Assembly: GCA_017499595.2 (NCBI GenBank)
Contig: CM039004.1
Location: forward strand, 1,488,001 to 1,552,000
Reading direction: 5' to 3'
Source of the DNA: Psilocybe cubensis
Lineage: Eukaryota
DNA length: 64,000 nucleotides
Of the stretch, positions 1 to 13,288 are shown in pieces. The stretch's first letter is position 1. Every line of letters begins with the position of its first letter. Both the position numbers and the translations under genes were made by a program. The notes beneath the pieces were generated by a model. That model did not search any database, was not told the DNA's origin, and saw only the letters and a list, made by a program, of their open reading frames with translations.

Positions 1-1504
<1,504 letters not shown>

Positions 1505-2197
1505 TGCAGGGATAGTGATGGTGGTTGAGGGATAAACTGAAAAACAGGTCAACTCGGAGGTCCCCTGTATCGATGTCCAATATATGATGTCAGATATAAT
1601 CACGTGACCGTTCCGCATTCGATGCCTCCCCTTCGTTTTTGAGGTTTGCACTGTGGCAGATTGATCATTACACCAATAATTTCAATCGCAAAATATATCC
1701 TGGGCACGTTTGTTTATTACGACGCTGAGCTACCTCATTGGTTGTTTGGATCCCACTGTTTTCATTCACTACTAAACCAATAAACGCAGCGGAATCTTCG
1801 GGCGAATTGTGGAATCCTCTCGGAAGAGTTCACATTTAACAAACGCCTTGCAGGGCCCCGATGGCCTCTTCACTGCCCTTTCGTTGGCCATCATGACACA
1901 CTACAAATTTGCTACCCTTTGATTTTGGTGATGATTCCGGGCATCATGCTAAATGCGTGGCCTGTGTATTATATCCTTGGAGGCCTAATCGTTAACGCAT
2001 GCTGGTAACCGCAGTTGGCGCCATTCAGTGACGTGTGCTCGGCCTTCGCATGGCTTACGTTATCGACATTTTGTGGCCCGCACTTGTACAACTAAGACAT
2101 CATTAGCATTAATCACTCTCGCCGTATATATAGCCTTGCATGCCCTGTGCACACGCAATCATTTTTCCCAGTTCCTCTTGTATCCCTTTTCTGAGCA

Positions 2198-3791
2198 ATG
2201 AGTTCTATACACCTTTTGGTGCTCATCCATGGTATGTGGGGTCATCCTAAACACCTGGCTGAGGCAGCCAGGATAGTACGCGAGGTGCATGCCAGCCCAA
2301 GTGTAGATGGCATCAAACTACATGTCCTCGTAGCAGAGGCAGTAAGCGAAGAATCAACGTATGACGGTGTCGATTGGAATGGTGAACGCGTTGCTAAAGA
2401 GGTGTGTATTCGACTCTTACCTTTCTGCGCATCGTCTCTCACCGTTATTCTAACAGGTTACACAAGCTGTCGCTGAACTAGAGAGTAACGGTGATCGCGT
2501 CGTTCGATTTTCGGTTACCGGATACAGTCTTGGTGGTCTGATTGCACGGTATTGCATTGGGTACGTTCTATCAGTTCTTTCTCTAGTTTTCCTGTTCTCA
2601 AAGGTGTTGCAGGGTGTTGCATCAGCAATCCTTCTTCGACAAGGTCGAGCCTGTGAATTTCAGTACTATCGCTACACCTCACTGCGGCCTCCCAAGATAC
2701 CCGTCATTTTTCTCATCACTGACTCAGGCGCTTGGGCCGAGGATGCTGTCGCGCACAGGCGAACAGTTTTATTGCGCTGATAAATGGTCTCCGAAGGGGA
2801 GACCATTGCTAGTTGTGATGGCGGACCCAAGTGAGATTGACCAGTTTGGTTTTCGTAGTAGAGGTCTCATGCATGCACTTTGCAGATCGTATCTTTTATC
2901 AAGCCCTTGCCAACTTCAAACATGTTCGAATATATGCCAACGCGTGCGTTCACTTTCTTTGGATATTCGCAAGCCACTTATACTCTTTTAGCATCAATGA
3001 CTTAACAGTCCCGTATGTAACTGCGGCAATTGAGACTACGGATCCCTTTGCCGATATGGAAATGAATGGCCTTGACATGTGAGCCTCTTTGTTGGTGTTT
3101 TCGTGTTAAACCTTACCTTTGTGCAGAAAATTCGACGAAAAATATTCTTGCTTTGTCCGAGATTACATTCTTCCCGATACTCCTCCCCAACCTGAAACTG
3201 GTTCAAGTTGGTTCCGGAGGTCCAAGTCTTCTAAGCCTTCCACTCCCCTTCTTCCTCCTTTCCTCCAATTCCGTTTCCCTCTTAACATGGTGCGCTTCTT
3301 TCAACCAGTCTAATTGACCCTTGACGGACCCTGCTCATTATCTTTTACAGGTGTTTTATGCCCTGTTGCCAGTCATCATCCCAACATTCATTTCAATGTT
3401 ACTCGTACATTTCGCTCTTGCAAGCCGGTCCTCTCGTGCTCGAATAAAGACGCTTGAACAAGAAGTGCAGAAAGGGAGTCGCCAAGCGCTAATAGAGTTG
3501 ATTAGTGAAATAGAGAAAGAAATGGAAGAGGCCGTTGTTGACCTCATCGACAACCCAGACCCTACACCCATCTATCAGCCCAAAGTATCCAAAGCCCACC
3601 CCATCATAACTCCAAACCACAAAAAGATTGCCCAGTGGCTTAATGCTTTGCCACTTCAAAAGGAGCTAGCTTACTTTCCTGCGGTTCGGAACTCCCATGC
3701 GATGATTGTGTCTCGCGACGTCGAAAGATTCGAGGCTCATCGCGCTGGTGAACCTGTCTTGAGACACTGGGCTACGTCCTTGGTTGTATGA
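2198..3791 (+). CDS. DUF676-family putative serine esterase/lipase (alpha/beta hydrolase, ROG1-like), multi-exon
   Basis: HLLVLIHGMWG, nucleophile elbow GYSLGGL (~2520), ATPHCG, NDLTVP and NSHAMIVSR motifs; GT-AG introns join the ORFs. Confidence 0.9.
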
Positions 3792-4438
3792 TTTTCTCCA
3801 CCTTTATATTATTATTGGCGCTCTCGTTTAGTTATCCTTTATTAATGTCTGTTACATCACTCATAGTACAGATCTTCACGTAGAAGGTCACGACCAGCGT
3901 AGAATCGATCGGTATCCACCTTGTAACTTGTATAGTGTTCTTTCAGTAGTATACCCATGGAATCGTGTATTACTATTTATCCAATTGCTAGGAAGCAGTT
4001 AAAGATCAAATCGTGTCGTAAAGATCACGGAAGGACGTGAAGTTGACCCGTCTCTCGAGAATAGGTCTTTTTGTGGGTGTCAAGACCATGTGACTTAGGA
4101 GGAATAGGAGACAAAAGAAAAACGCGACTGACGCGAACCTGTGGGGTCGAACAAAGTTCTCTTTCAATTATATCTACCGCTTCCCTTGAATTACTCTTTC
4201 CGGAAGATTCCACGACTTCGTTGACAGCTGCACGATCCTCTCTCATAAAGTCATGGGCTGCTCGATGATCGAACAGTTTCTACCACATCTCCCCTGCTTC
4301 TGTGAAGTCGGGGTCATCTCCTCAAACTTTCGTTCGGCTTTCATAACCATAGATTTTCTACCCTAACTTCAACTCTAATACCGGCCAAGTGCCTACTTTC
4401 TTACACACCTAATCATATTATCAAGTTTTGCGCGAAGG

Positions 4439-6332
4439 ATGGCAAGAACATCAAAGGCATTCAAACGAGCGAGGAGCATCGACATGCTAAATTCCAAAAA
4501 TGACCCAAGATACTACGACTTATCCAAGAAGCCAACTGTCATAGAAAGCGAGTGTACAAAATAACACCTTTTCTGTTGGCATACTGACCGCAAAGTAGGA
4601 GTGACGACAGCAATAAATTACATTGTAATGCACCATGGCGCGCGAGCCGCCACCATCTCGGTGGCAGATATTATTTCACAAAGTAGGTTTCTCTTTTTGT
4701 TTCTTTCAAAGTTGACTTTGTGGATGACGCGTTCATGTTCTCTTAGTGGGAAAGGATGCAGGCCTCAACGGAGAGGAACTTGGCCCTCGGACTGTTCAGA
4801 CTGTGCACCTTGGGCTCTCGCGATTGGTGAGTCGCTTTGGCTCTCGGTTCGAAGAATATTTGTTGAAGGAGCCCAACCACTCATATTCTTAGGAAGTAAA
4901 TGGCCTTATACAAATGCTTGACTCGAAACTGGAATTTCTCTCGTTGACCGACAAATTCAAGACGTTGTACGATGTTTTGTGTTCAATGTCAATGATTGTA
5001 CCCTAATGGCTTGAAACTCTGCTTCTAGAATCCAACAGTTATCAGACATGTATAAAGAACACTTACCGCTCATACAAAATTTGGACTCCCTCTCTAGAAG
5101 CAGAATTCAATGTGCTTTTTTCCGCTCAAAGTTCCGTACGCGGGCGTTTAAGAAGCAGGCGACTCGTCGAGAGGTATGCAGTATCTCTAAACTTGGCTTT
5201 CTTCAGTTTACTCAATATTCATTCAAAGCTGGAGTGCGAAAACAAGAAAATCAAGCTTGACCGCGAGGAACACAGAAAAGTCTGCCCTCTGACAAAAACC
5301 CGAGCACCAAGCGTTTTCTCAGAAGCGACAGAGATGTTTGAAGAGACTAGTAAAGTGACCGTTCCATTAGGTTCAAACGACGACAACGTGTAGTACGCCC
5401 CTGTTTCTTCGATTGTGGTCCATTCCGATTACTCACTACAATATTCCAGTGTCCATGACATTCTGATGAACAAAGGATCTCATCCGATTGTGTTGCTGTA
5501 TGATTCCTTGTTTTGTCTCATTGACATGTGTGTTGATTTCTCATGTACTTTTTCTCCAGGCCTCGCACGCCTGCTCGTTCCGGAACACTCAACAACCCGG
5601 AGGCCTATCCAAGTCCCCAGTCGGCACCCAGGCAAACGTCGTCAGCACCATCTACATCCTACCTAACACCAAGCCGAAGCACATCAGCACCTGCACCTGC
5701 ACTTGCAGAAGAGATTGGAACAGACGAAGACGAGGAAATGGAAGTAACCATAGAACTTCAAGAACCATTCGATACCCCATTTGCTTCCGTTAGTTCGTTT
5801 GCTTTTATACCCCGTATTTTATGCTCAAAGTCGCATACGAAGGATGCTCCTGCTGTAGATTCCTTGTCACCGCTGGACCCAGCTTTGACAGAACAGGCAA
5901 GTCGTAATATCTTATTATAATGCATCCCGTACCGACTCTGTTTTCAAGATTAAAAGGCTAGAGCGGATAGTTCAGCAGCACCAGATCAAAGAACAAGCGC
6001 GAATGAAATCACGCAGAAGGTCCAGGTTGTTTGTTCGATATCGTCACACCCTTGAACGTAAGAGATGGTGGCGCGCTCTCGAATGCTCTCGTCGAGAATA
6101 TGAGCAACTCAAGAAGGAGTCGGAACTTCGCGAGCGTCAGTTAACTCAACGTCATTACGAGGAACTACGAAACGTACAAAACGGACATGAGGCCGCACTC
6201 AGAGAATTGGACCGCCGACATGCAGAGGAGAAGAAGGAACTTGAGAATGCCAACGATGAATTGAGGCGAAGAGGTTTGAAATATGCTGAACAAATGCAAC
6301 AAATTAGCCAATGTTACATTTCAACGCTGTAG
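4439..6332 (+). CDS. Hypothetical multi-exon protein with a C-terminal coiled coil
   Basis: ATG at 4439 (MARTSKAFKRARS...), a series of short exons with GT..AG introns, last exon heptad-like E/K/R/L-rich (6003-6332); no family recognised. Confidence 0.6.
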
Positions 6333-6797
6333 TCACCTGTCAACAGCACTGTCGGTCTTGATCTTCTACGTCGTGTATTGCTCTTATGCCATGTTTTATG
6401 TTTTATGCTATCTTACGTTAATCCAGTCATTCTATTTTTCCGCAACCGCACTCGGAAACGAGATTCGAGAGTGAACAGTACGCCCTTTTTATAGGTCATA
6501 AGAGCAAGCTTGCCATGAGGTTACTTTGCACCTACAATGTCGCATTCATTACTTAAAAACCAATTGGTTAAACCGCTCGAGAGAATAAATAACTTTTCAT
6601 GTGCATGTGTGCATTTTCATAACGTCCATATAAATTTATGTATTCTAGCACTCGTTAGGCATGAGGGAGAAAAGTCGCATATTAACAATAAGTAGAAGAT
6701 TAGAAACTCAACCGACTGTAAAATACAATTGTCCAAAGTGTCCCCATAAACCCCAAGAAAAAATAGCATTGCCATATGACTATGCATCCAATACGTA

Positions 6798-7114
6798 TTA
6801 GTTGTGGTACCGGTATATTTGTGGTTGGATGGTGCTCTTGCGTCGAGTTGTGATGACGACAAAGTCGGGATGTATGAAGGAGTTTCGCGGTTGCTTGCGT
6901 GTGGTTCGTGTGACAACCTTCCATACACTGATGATGCGACGCTCGATTTGTTTGGCATAAGATACGCGGCCACGACGGAAATTGGCAGAGCTAAAATAAT
7001 AAAACAAGTAAGCAGCCGAAATTGATAGCATAGCGAACGCGGATAAACATACATTGGGACCTCAGCCTCAGCCATGGACATAGAGAAACGTGGATCGCGA
7101 ACGATGTAAGACAT
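6798..7114 (-). CDS. Small basic orphan protein, 84 aa, two exons (7114-7053, 6990-6798)
   Basis: 62-nt intron GTATGT...GCTTAC...TTTAG joins two ORFs in frame; TATAAAG on the minus strand at ~7377-7383. Confidence 0.55.
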
Positions 7115-8020
7115 TTGGTAGCCCTTTTATGTGTCTCGGTGGATAAAAGATTAAGGTGAACTCCTTTGGCTCGTTCGCGTTTGCGAGGGTTGTCGTTCAA
7201 GAATGTGTAGTCCGGCTACTAGCACCACAGAAAGAAAGAATAAGTTGGGTAAATCAAGTTGGATGGTGGTGACAGCTAAAGGGCTCGTAGTCCAAAGAAA
7301 GAGCACAAGATGGAGAATAAGACACAGTGAGAGGGCTGATCCAGATCGCGAGTCATAACAGTGCAGTTACGGGAGTCTTTATAGTGTGCCAAAGCAGTGA
7401 AGTGAAGACAATGTAACAATAAAGGCACAAACCCATGTGAATGGTTGATCATCAATGATCCTCGACAAGCCAAAGAACAAAGTCATGACCGTGAATTCAG
7501 AGCTGCAGAAGCGGGTTACCATAGTGGCATCACAGGCCATTCATTGTCCAAGAACAATAGTCGGTGTATTTGGCCTTGTTCTATTTTTAGACATTGCACA
7601 AATAGTGCGTCTGACGCAGCGTACAAGCCCGACACCAGTGCCACGCACCTTGCTATGTTCTGTTATTGTCTAGTCTTTTTCAGCAACCCATGCCCGTCTT
7701 TAACCAGCCATTTTTACTGACTGAGCTGCGAATGCGATTCCAGCGAACTCCACCGGAAAAAGCAAATACGCATGAATAAGGTCATGGAATGATAATTGAT
7801 GTATATACAGACTTTGAGTATTAATAAGTTATAATGATGCTCCATACATATGATTGGGACTTGAAGGTTAGTAATACACACAACGAGCATACTAGTCAGC
7901 AAGAGGCAAGGCGTACGCTTATGCCCGAAGTAATACAGATACATATGCTCTACGAAAGAGTCAGATGTTCTGTGTAAAGGTCACAGCGAATGCAGAGAGC
8001 GTTACTTCATAGTCTCCTGT

Positions 8021-10343
8021 CTAGCTTTCTGAAATTGTAGAAAGCGTTTTACTCCATGCAACAACCTTTGGATGAGCCTGGACCTAGATAGATGCCCATT
8101 CAATACTTATGTATAAATTCATCTTTTTAAAAACATTTACCTTCGCTGGGTCAAAGTTCAAAACCTGGAGACCATCAAGGGAAGTGGCTCTTGATAGGGC
8201 GACATACGCTTGACCTATGAGAGAATGTGTTAGAGAACATGTTTAGGCCATCCATTGAGAGACACGCCTTTTTCGAAAACCTTGCCAAGATCAACCTTGA
8301 CTCGTTCCAAAGTCTGGCCCTGAGATTTGTGAATACTCATTGCCCATGCAAGGATGAGGGGCAACTGCGGCAAGTATCAGCGCATGTCGAATCTTGAGCA
8401 AGGTGCTTACTTGAGTACGGCTGACTTGCACTTCCCCACTGGGAAGCTCTACTTTCCAGGTTTCTGGTTGAACCAAAACCTGCCGCCTCCCTCCAGGTAC
8501 CAAAAATTCTACGACCGGATACTTCCGTCCTTTTGCAATACCACCTCCACTGACAGGTTTCTTTGCACCGGCATTGCTCGTAGTTGCACCAATGGCACCT
8601 ATATCACCTTTACTGGACTCTTCGCCTGGTGCCAGAGTGTCCGAAAAGCGGAGAACACGACCCATACTTCCATTGACCAGTGTATCATCAATATTTTTAA
8701 TTAACATGACTTGAGCATCGACGCGAAGAACAAGGCGCTGAGGAGCCATGAAATTGGAAAGCATTTTTTCACGTTGATTTGGGTCCGAGATTGAGCCTCC
8801 ATCGTTAGAGGTGAAAGGCATTTCCTCAGTTTGTAATCGCGACATGCGGCTAGAATTTGATCTTTCCACATCCTCCCGTCGGGGAAACCTATACATATAG
8901 TTATTAGGAATTAAATGTAATCGAACTGCACGCCAAACATACAATTCAGTAGCACCCAATCCGTCTTCATATTGGATACTTCTAGACAAACTTTTGAAAG
9001 TACTGATCGATTTATTAGTGAGGTTTCCAAATCGCATTTCGTTAAGCATATTGACGAATGCTAATATCAACTTGAGCATAGGTCCACGGCAAACAATTTA
9101 AAGTAGCACATACTCTGATCGCTTTGACGGAAGACCTTAGTGAGATTGTAAGTATGTTTGATGACTGTTTTCCACATGTCTGCCTCGAATGCAAATTTGA
9201 CTTGCTGGGAACCTTTAGTCACCGGTGGTAACTGGAAAAAGTCTCCCGTAACAATGACCTATGAAACGAAATTTGAATCAATCCAAGGTAAGCTTTGAAG
9301 AGGCTTGGTACGTACTTGGATGCCGCCAAACGGCAGTTGGTTTTTCCGGACTTCAGAAGCAATAGCGGCTAACTTGTCGAAAAGATCACCATCAACCATA
9401 GAGACTAGAAAAGGAATATCTATCGGCCGTCAACATTCAAAGAATAAAAATATATGCGCACCTTCGTCAATGATAAGTACTTTGGTCCTCAGCCATCGAG
9501 TCATTGCCTTCTTGTTCTTCTTGATTTTAGTGGCTAACTCCTTTGCAGTTTCAATACCAAGGCCGATACCCGCAAAAGAATGAATGGTGACTCCTCCTAT
9601 GTTACAAGCAGCAATGCCTGTGATACGATTAGCCACCGTACGATATAGAGTAAAAAATTATGCACAAACGAACCTGTCGATGCTGTTATTGCTACGACGT
9701 CTGGAGTTTTTGCATACTTCTTGCGCAACGACTTGATGATTTCGCGAAGGAGGACAGACTTTCCGGTACCTTGATTCATGTTCAATTTGGAAAGTAGGAG
9801 TCAAAGCAGCCTTTACTACTCACCCGCACTTCCAGTATAGAATACGCTATCGCCTTCCTGGACCAGCTTTAATATCTGCGTTTGTTCCTGGCTAAGAAAC
9901 ACGGCAGCGAGTTTTTTCTTTTCAGTCGACAGTGAAGACGATGTATTAGGATGAAAAGATGATTTGGTGTTTTCCTTGGGCTTCGAGCTGGATGAAAGAG
10001 TCGATTTAGTAAGGGAGTTGTCCTTATTCCAGTCATCAGGCAATATACGACGCGGCTTCTTGGGGGCTGATTCAGTGGCATGTTCCTCAGAGGGACTTCC
10101 GCGTTTATTGTCGGCCCTTGACGGAACTAGTGGTGGGGGTGCCTCTGGAGGTGCAGAGTAGCCAGCAAGAGCCTCCTGTATGGCTTTCAGACGTGCTTCT
10201 GAACCAGTCAACTTCTTCGCAGGTGCCCTTGGAGGTGACTGTGACCAGGGTATTTCTTGGGAGGATTTGGAAGCTTGCGAAGTGACGGAGTTAGTTGACC
10301 AGTCTCGCTTGACAGTACCCAGCCCTGACTGAGACCTTGACAT
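8021..10343 (-). CDS. PIF1: PIF1-family 5'-3' DNA helicase, multi-exon
   Basis: YTGSAG/TGKS Walker A, IIDE Walker [32 protein letters not shown] and [10 protein letters not shown] motifs. Confidence 0.96.
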
Positions 10344-10709
10344 AATGGAAGGAGGATAACAGTAGCAGGGACCTTGAAGACAGGAATCAGAGGATCGAGC
10401 CAGATCAACGCGAACCGCTTCTTTACCGACAATGTATCGTGAGAAAAACGCGAACCAGTCATGGGTCACGTGGTTTGTTATTTCTCCACCACGGTTCAGA
10501 ACTGAAGAAGTAAAGCTGCGATCGCCCAAACGAACGGTCGCGAAAATGACCGTCACAGGCGTCACTAGCCAAAACGGGCAGCACCGGTGAACCAGCCGCA
10601 ATGCCGACGCCATTTCAAGGCCCGTCATCGTGAGCTGCACGGACTGGGTTGCGAACATGAAGCAAACACAAAGCAAACCAATAACGCTAACGTTACCTGG
10701 TGCTTTGCG

Positions 10710-10848
10710 TGCGCGTACTAGCGCATAGTATTTTAGCGCGTCAACACGTGGTTTCGAAACTGCACAAGGCGGGTACTTTGCGGCGTGTGCGCTGCACGCG
10801 CCGCAAAAATGTTGCCCGTTGTCTTTTGCAAGTTGCGCTAGTTGCGCA
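10710..10848. repeat. Nested inverted repeats with a GC-rich hairpin
   Basis: TTTGCGGCGTGTGC-GCT-GCACGCGCCGCAAA (10777-10807, 14-bp stem, one G-T pair), enclosed by TGCGCGTACTAGCGCA and TGCGCTAGTTGCGCA. Confidence 0.8.
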
Positions 10849-11059
10849 TACATTGTAATAACTCTCTTACCTTGTACACATTTTCTAGTATGTAACATTA
10901 ATGAATACAGTGCAATATGATCCAGCTAACATGGTCACTTACACAATAGAAGGTCCACATATGAGTTTGAAATTCTAGGTTACCAGAATACAATGAAAAG
11001 AAAAACGAGAGTATATATACTATACCCACCTTGCTTGCCTGGTTAAAGGGGTCATACCA

Positions 11060-11390
11060 TGTATGTAAACACACGTTGATGTAGAAGGGTTATAACACGT
11101 ATGTAAACATGCATTGAGATGTCAAAACTTGCATGCAACATGATTAATTACTAAACACATATGTAAACATGAGTCAGTATAAGACAAACCAAGTCGGTTA
11201 CACACTATTGGCATTAACATAATCAGCTAATAAACGGGCAAACCAAGTCGGTTAGCTTGCAAGATCTGCTGCCATCAAAATGCGCAATCAACACTATTGT
11301 TAAAATGAACAGTCCCAACATATATTTGCCCGACTCTTGAACGGTCCCTAGCAGCAAACAAACAGTCCCATGACTGATTGAAACAGTCCC
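11060..11390 (+). repeat. Array of short direct repeats upstream of the recombinase gene
   Basis: TATGTAAACA x3 (~11062, 11100, 11160); CAAACCAAGTCGGTTA x2 (11185, 11239); AAC(A/G)GTCCC x4 (11308, 11340, 11361, 11382). Confidence 0.8.
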
Positions 11391-11647
11391 TCAAAAATAA
11401 ATCACAGGCAAACGCCAAACAGTAAATGAATGGTTTACCAAATATTAAATTAATCTAGTACAATAAATAATTAATAGCGGGCTGCTCTATTACGCTTTTG
11501 CCACTAAAAATATACAAAGGCTGACATATTGGCATGGCTGACTATCAAGCAAGTGGCTGCATGGCTGACACTGCAAGTGGCTGGCTACTGTGTAAATTGA
11601 AGGGTATAAAAACACTACACATCTATAGTTTATTCTCTAACATTACA

Positions 11648-13260
11648 ATGTTTGCACCACAACCCAATTCCTTCTTAGGACTCAAAAATGTTCTTTCTAC
11701 CACACACTCTGGGCATGGTGACTACTATAATGACTTGGACATTGACGCAGATATTGAAGGAGAGCAAGAAACAATGCCGGATTTAGAAGCAACTGATGGG
11801 GATATTGCATCAAAAAGTCCTGATAGCGGCGGAGCGGCTGAACGTTTACTTTTATGGAAGCAAATAATAGCAAGCAACGCCGAGGGTGTTACCGAAAATA
11901 CCCATCGTGAATATATTCGGTTAGTAATTCTTATACAAATTTGCAATAAATACTTAGTTTTATAATTTTTTTAGCCTCGCAGATGCATGTGTAAAATTTC
12001 TTCTTGCAAAGCAGGTTATATATGCCCGTGAAGAGTTTTTATCATCAAGTCCACACTGCAACTCGGATGAAATGATTGCTGCATGGATTATGAATGAGTA
12101 AGTGTGTTTTTGTTTGGTTGGGGCAAATTTTGATTATTATTATAGTTGTGACAGCACCGGTTTGGATGGCAAACCAGCAACTGGACCAAGGGGTACCTAC
12201 ACACATGCTCAGAAGATGCGAGCTAGTATGACATATATTTTTGGACGTATCTACGGATTGGGATCTCAGCCATGGAAACAGGCTAGGTCTGAAAAAGGTG
12301 TTGTATATATGGAAGGTAATCCTTCTATTTCTGAAAAGGTATCATCATATATGGTCAGCCTTCGACGTCGTAAAGTTCAAGCAGGCGAAACAACCACAAG
12401 TGCTCGTGCTGTTAGTCCTGAGATAATGGCAAAGTTATACGATTTTAATCACAGACCCAAATATGGAGAAATCAGCAATGATGCATCACAGCCATCAATT
12501 AACGGCAATGATATCCATCAATGGGGTGGACCTCTCTGCCGAAAAGCACTGCAAGCAATTTATACACTTGCATTTATATGCATGCTTTGTGTGGACGAGG
12601 TTTTGAAGATTCAAACAAATCGTATTACTTTTGCAGAAGGAAAAATGATTCTAACTCTACCATTTCGAAAAACACACCAATTCGGAGGTAAGTCTCATCA
12701 ATATAACTCTCGGTAATATATAGTGCTTACTTATTTTTAGAAATCAAGCCATTTGTTCTTCATATCTTATCAGACGATGAAGCATATCTGTGTCCTGTAC
12801 GGGCCGTAAGCGAATGGATCAATGCTAGCAAAATTAATACCGGATATTTGTTCCGAAGAATGGCTTCTGGTGACCGTCCGGTATCAAACAACTCTCCTAT
12901 GGTATGTATTTTATGTTTACAAATGTGTAGCATTATTTTACTAATTGGTAATAGACATCCGAACAGTTTCTTGAAATGTTCCGGAATAATCTCCTTGATA
13001 TTGGAGTTGATTTTGCCCCGTATGGCACCCATTCATTTTGACGTGGTGGGTGTCAGTATTTTTCATCAGTTCGTCGTTGGAAATTGCGTCGTATTTGTGA
13101 TTGGGCAGGTTGGAGTACAGAATTCACAAGCTTAACAATTGTGAAATATCTTATTTCATGGAATGATGAACCAGAAGAGAGCCGTGATAATTTTTTAAAT
13201 CCAAACCAAGCTCCTACTGTACTATGTCCTCATTGTGGCAGATCGTGTGCATGTGCGTAA
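11648..13260 (+). pseudogene. Tyrosine recombinase (DNA breaking-rejoining enzyme), 5 exons, inactivated
   Basis: TATAAAA ~11605, ATG 11648, four GT-AG introns; AFICML[C]VDEVL (catalytic R position is TGT at 12588), LPFRKTHQ, LCPVRA, YGTHSF[*]RGGCQY (TGA 13039), ICDWAGWS, TIVKY, C-terminal CPHCGRSCACA. Confidence 0.88.
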
Positions 13261-13288
13261 CATTAGAAAAACCGTCACTGTAATCCTA

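Noticed and set aside
8021-10850. PIF1 helicase next to a hairpin and transposons, read as a Helitron RepHel
   Set aside because: No HUH/Rep domain is visible; the gene has a short disordered N-terminus, host-like introns and a CACGTG promoter box, consistent with cellular PIF1.
9816-10898. 360-aa ORF as a long PIF1 N-terminal extension
   Set aside because: The upstream half runs through the promoter and the element end with no protein-like signal; ATG 10343 is the more plausible start.
11648-13260. YR as part of a DIRS/Ngaro retrotransposon or a Starship captain
   Set aside because: It has four introns and no RT, RNase H or gag nearby; the element is small, and the flanking genes are core housekeeping genes rather than cargo.
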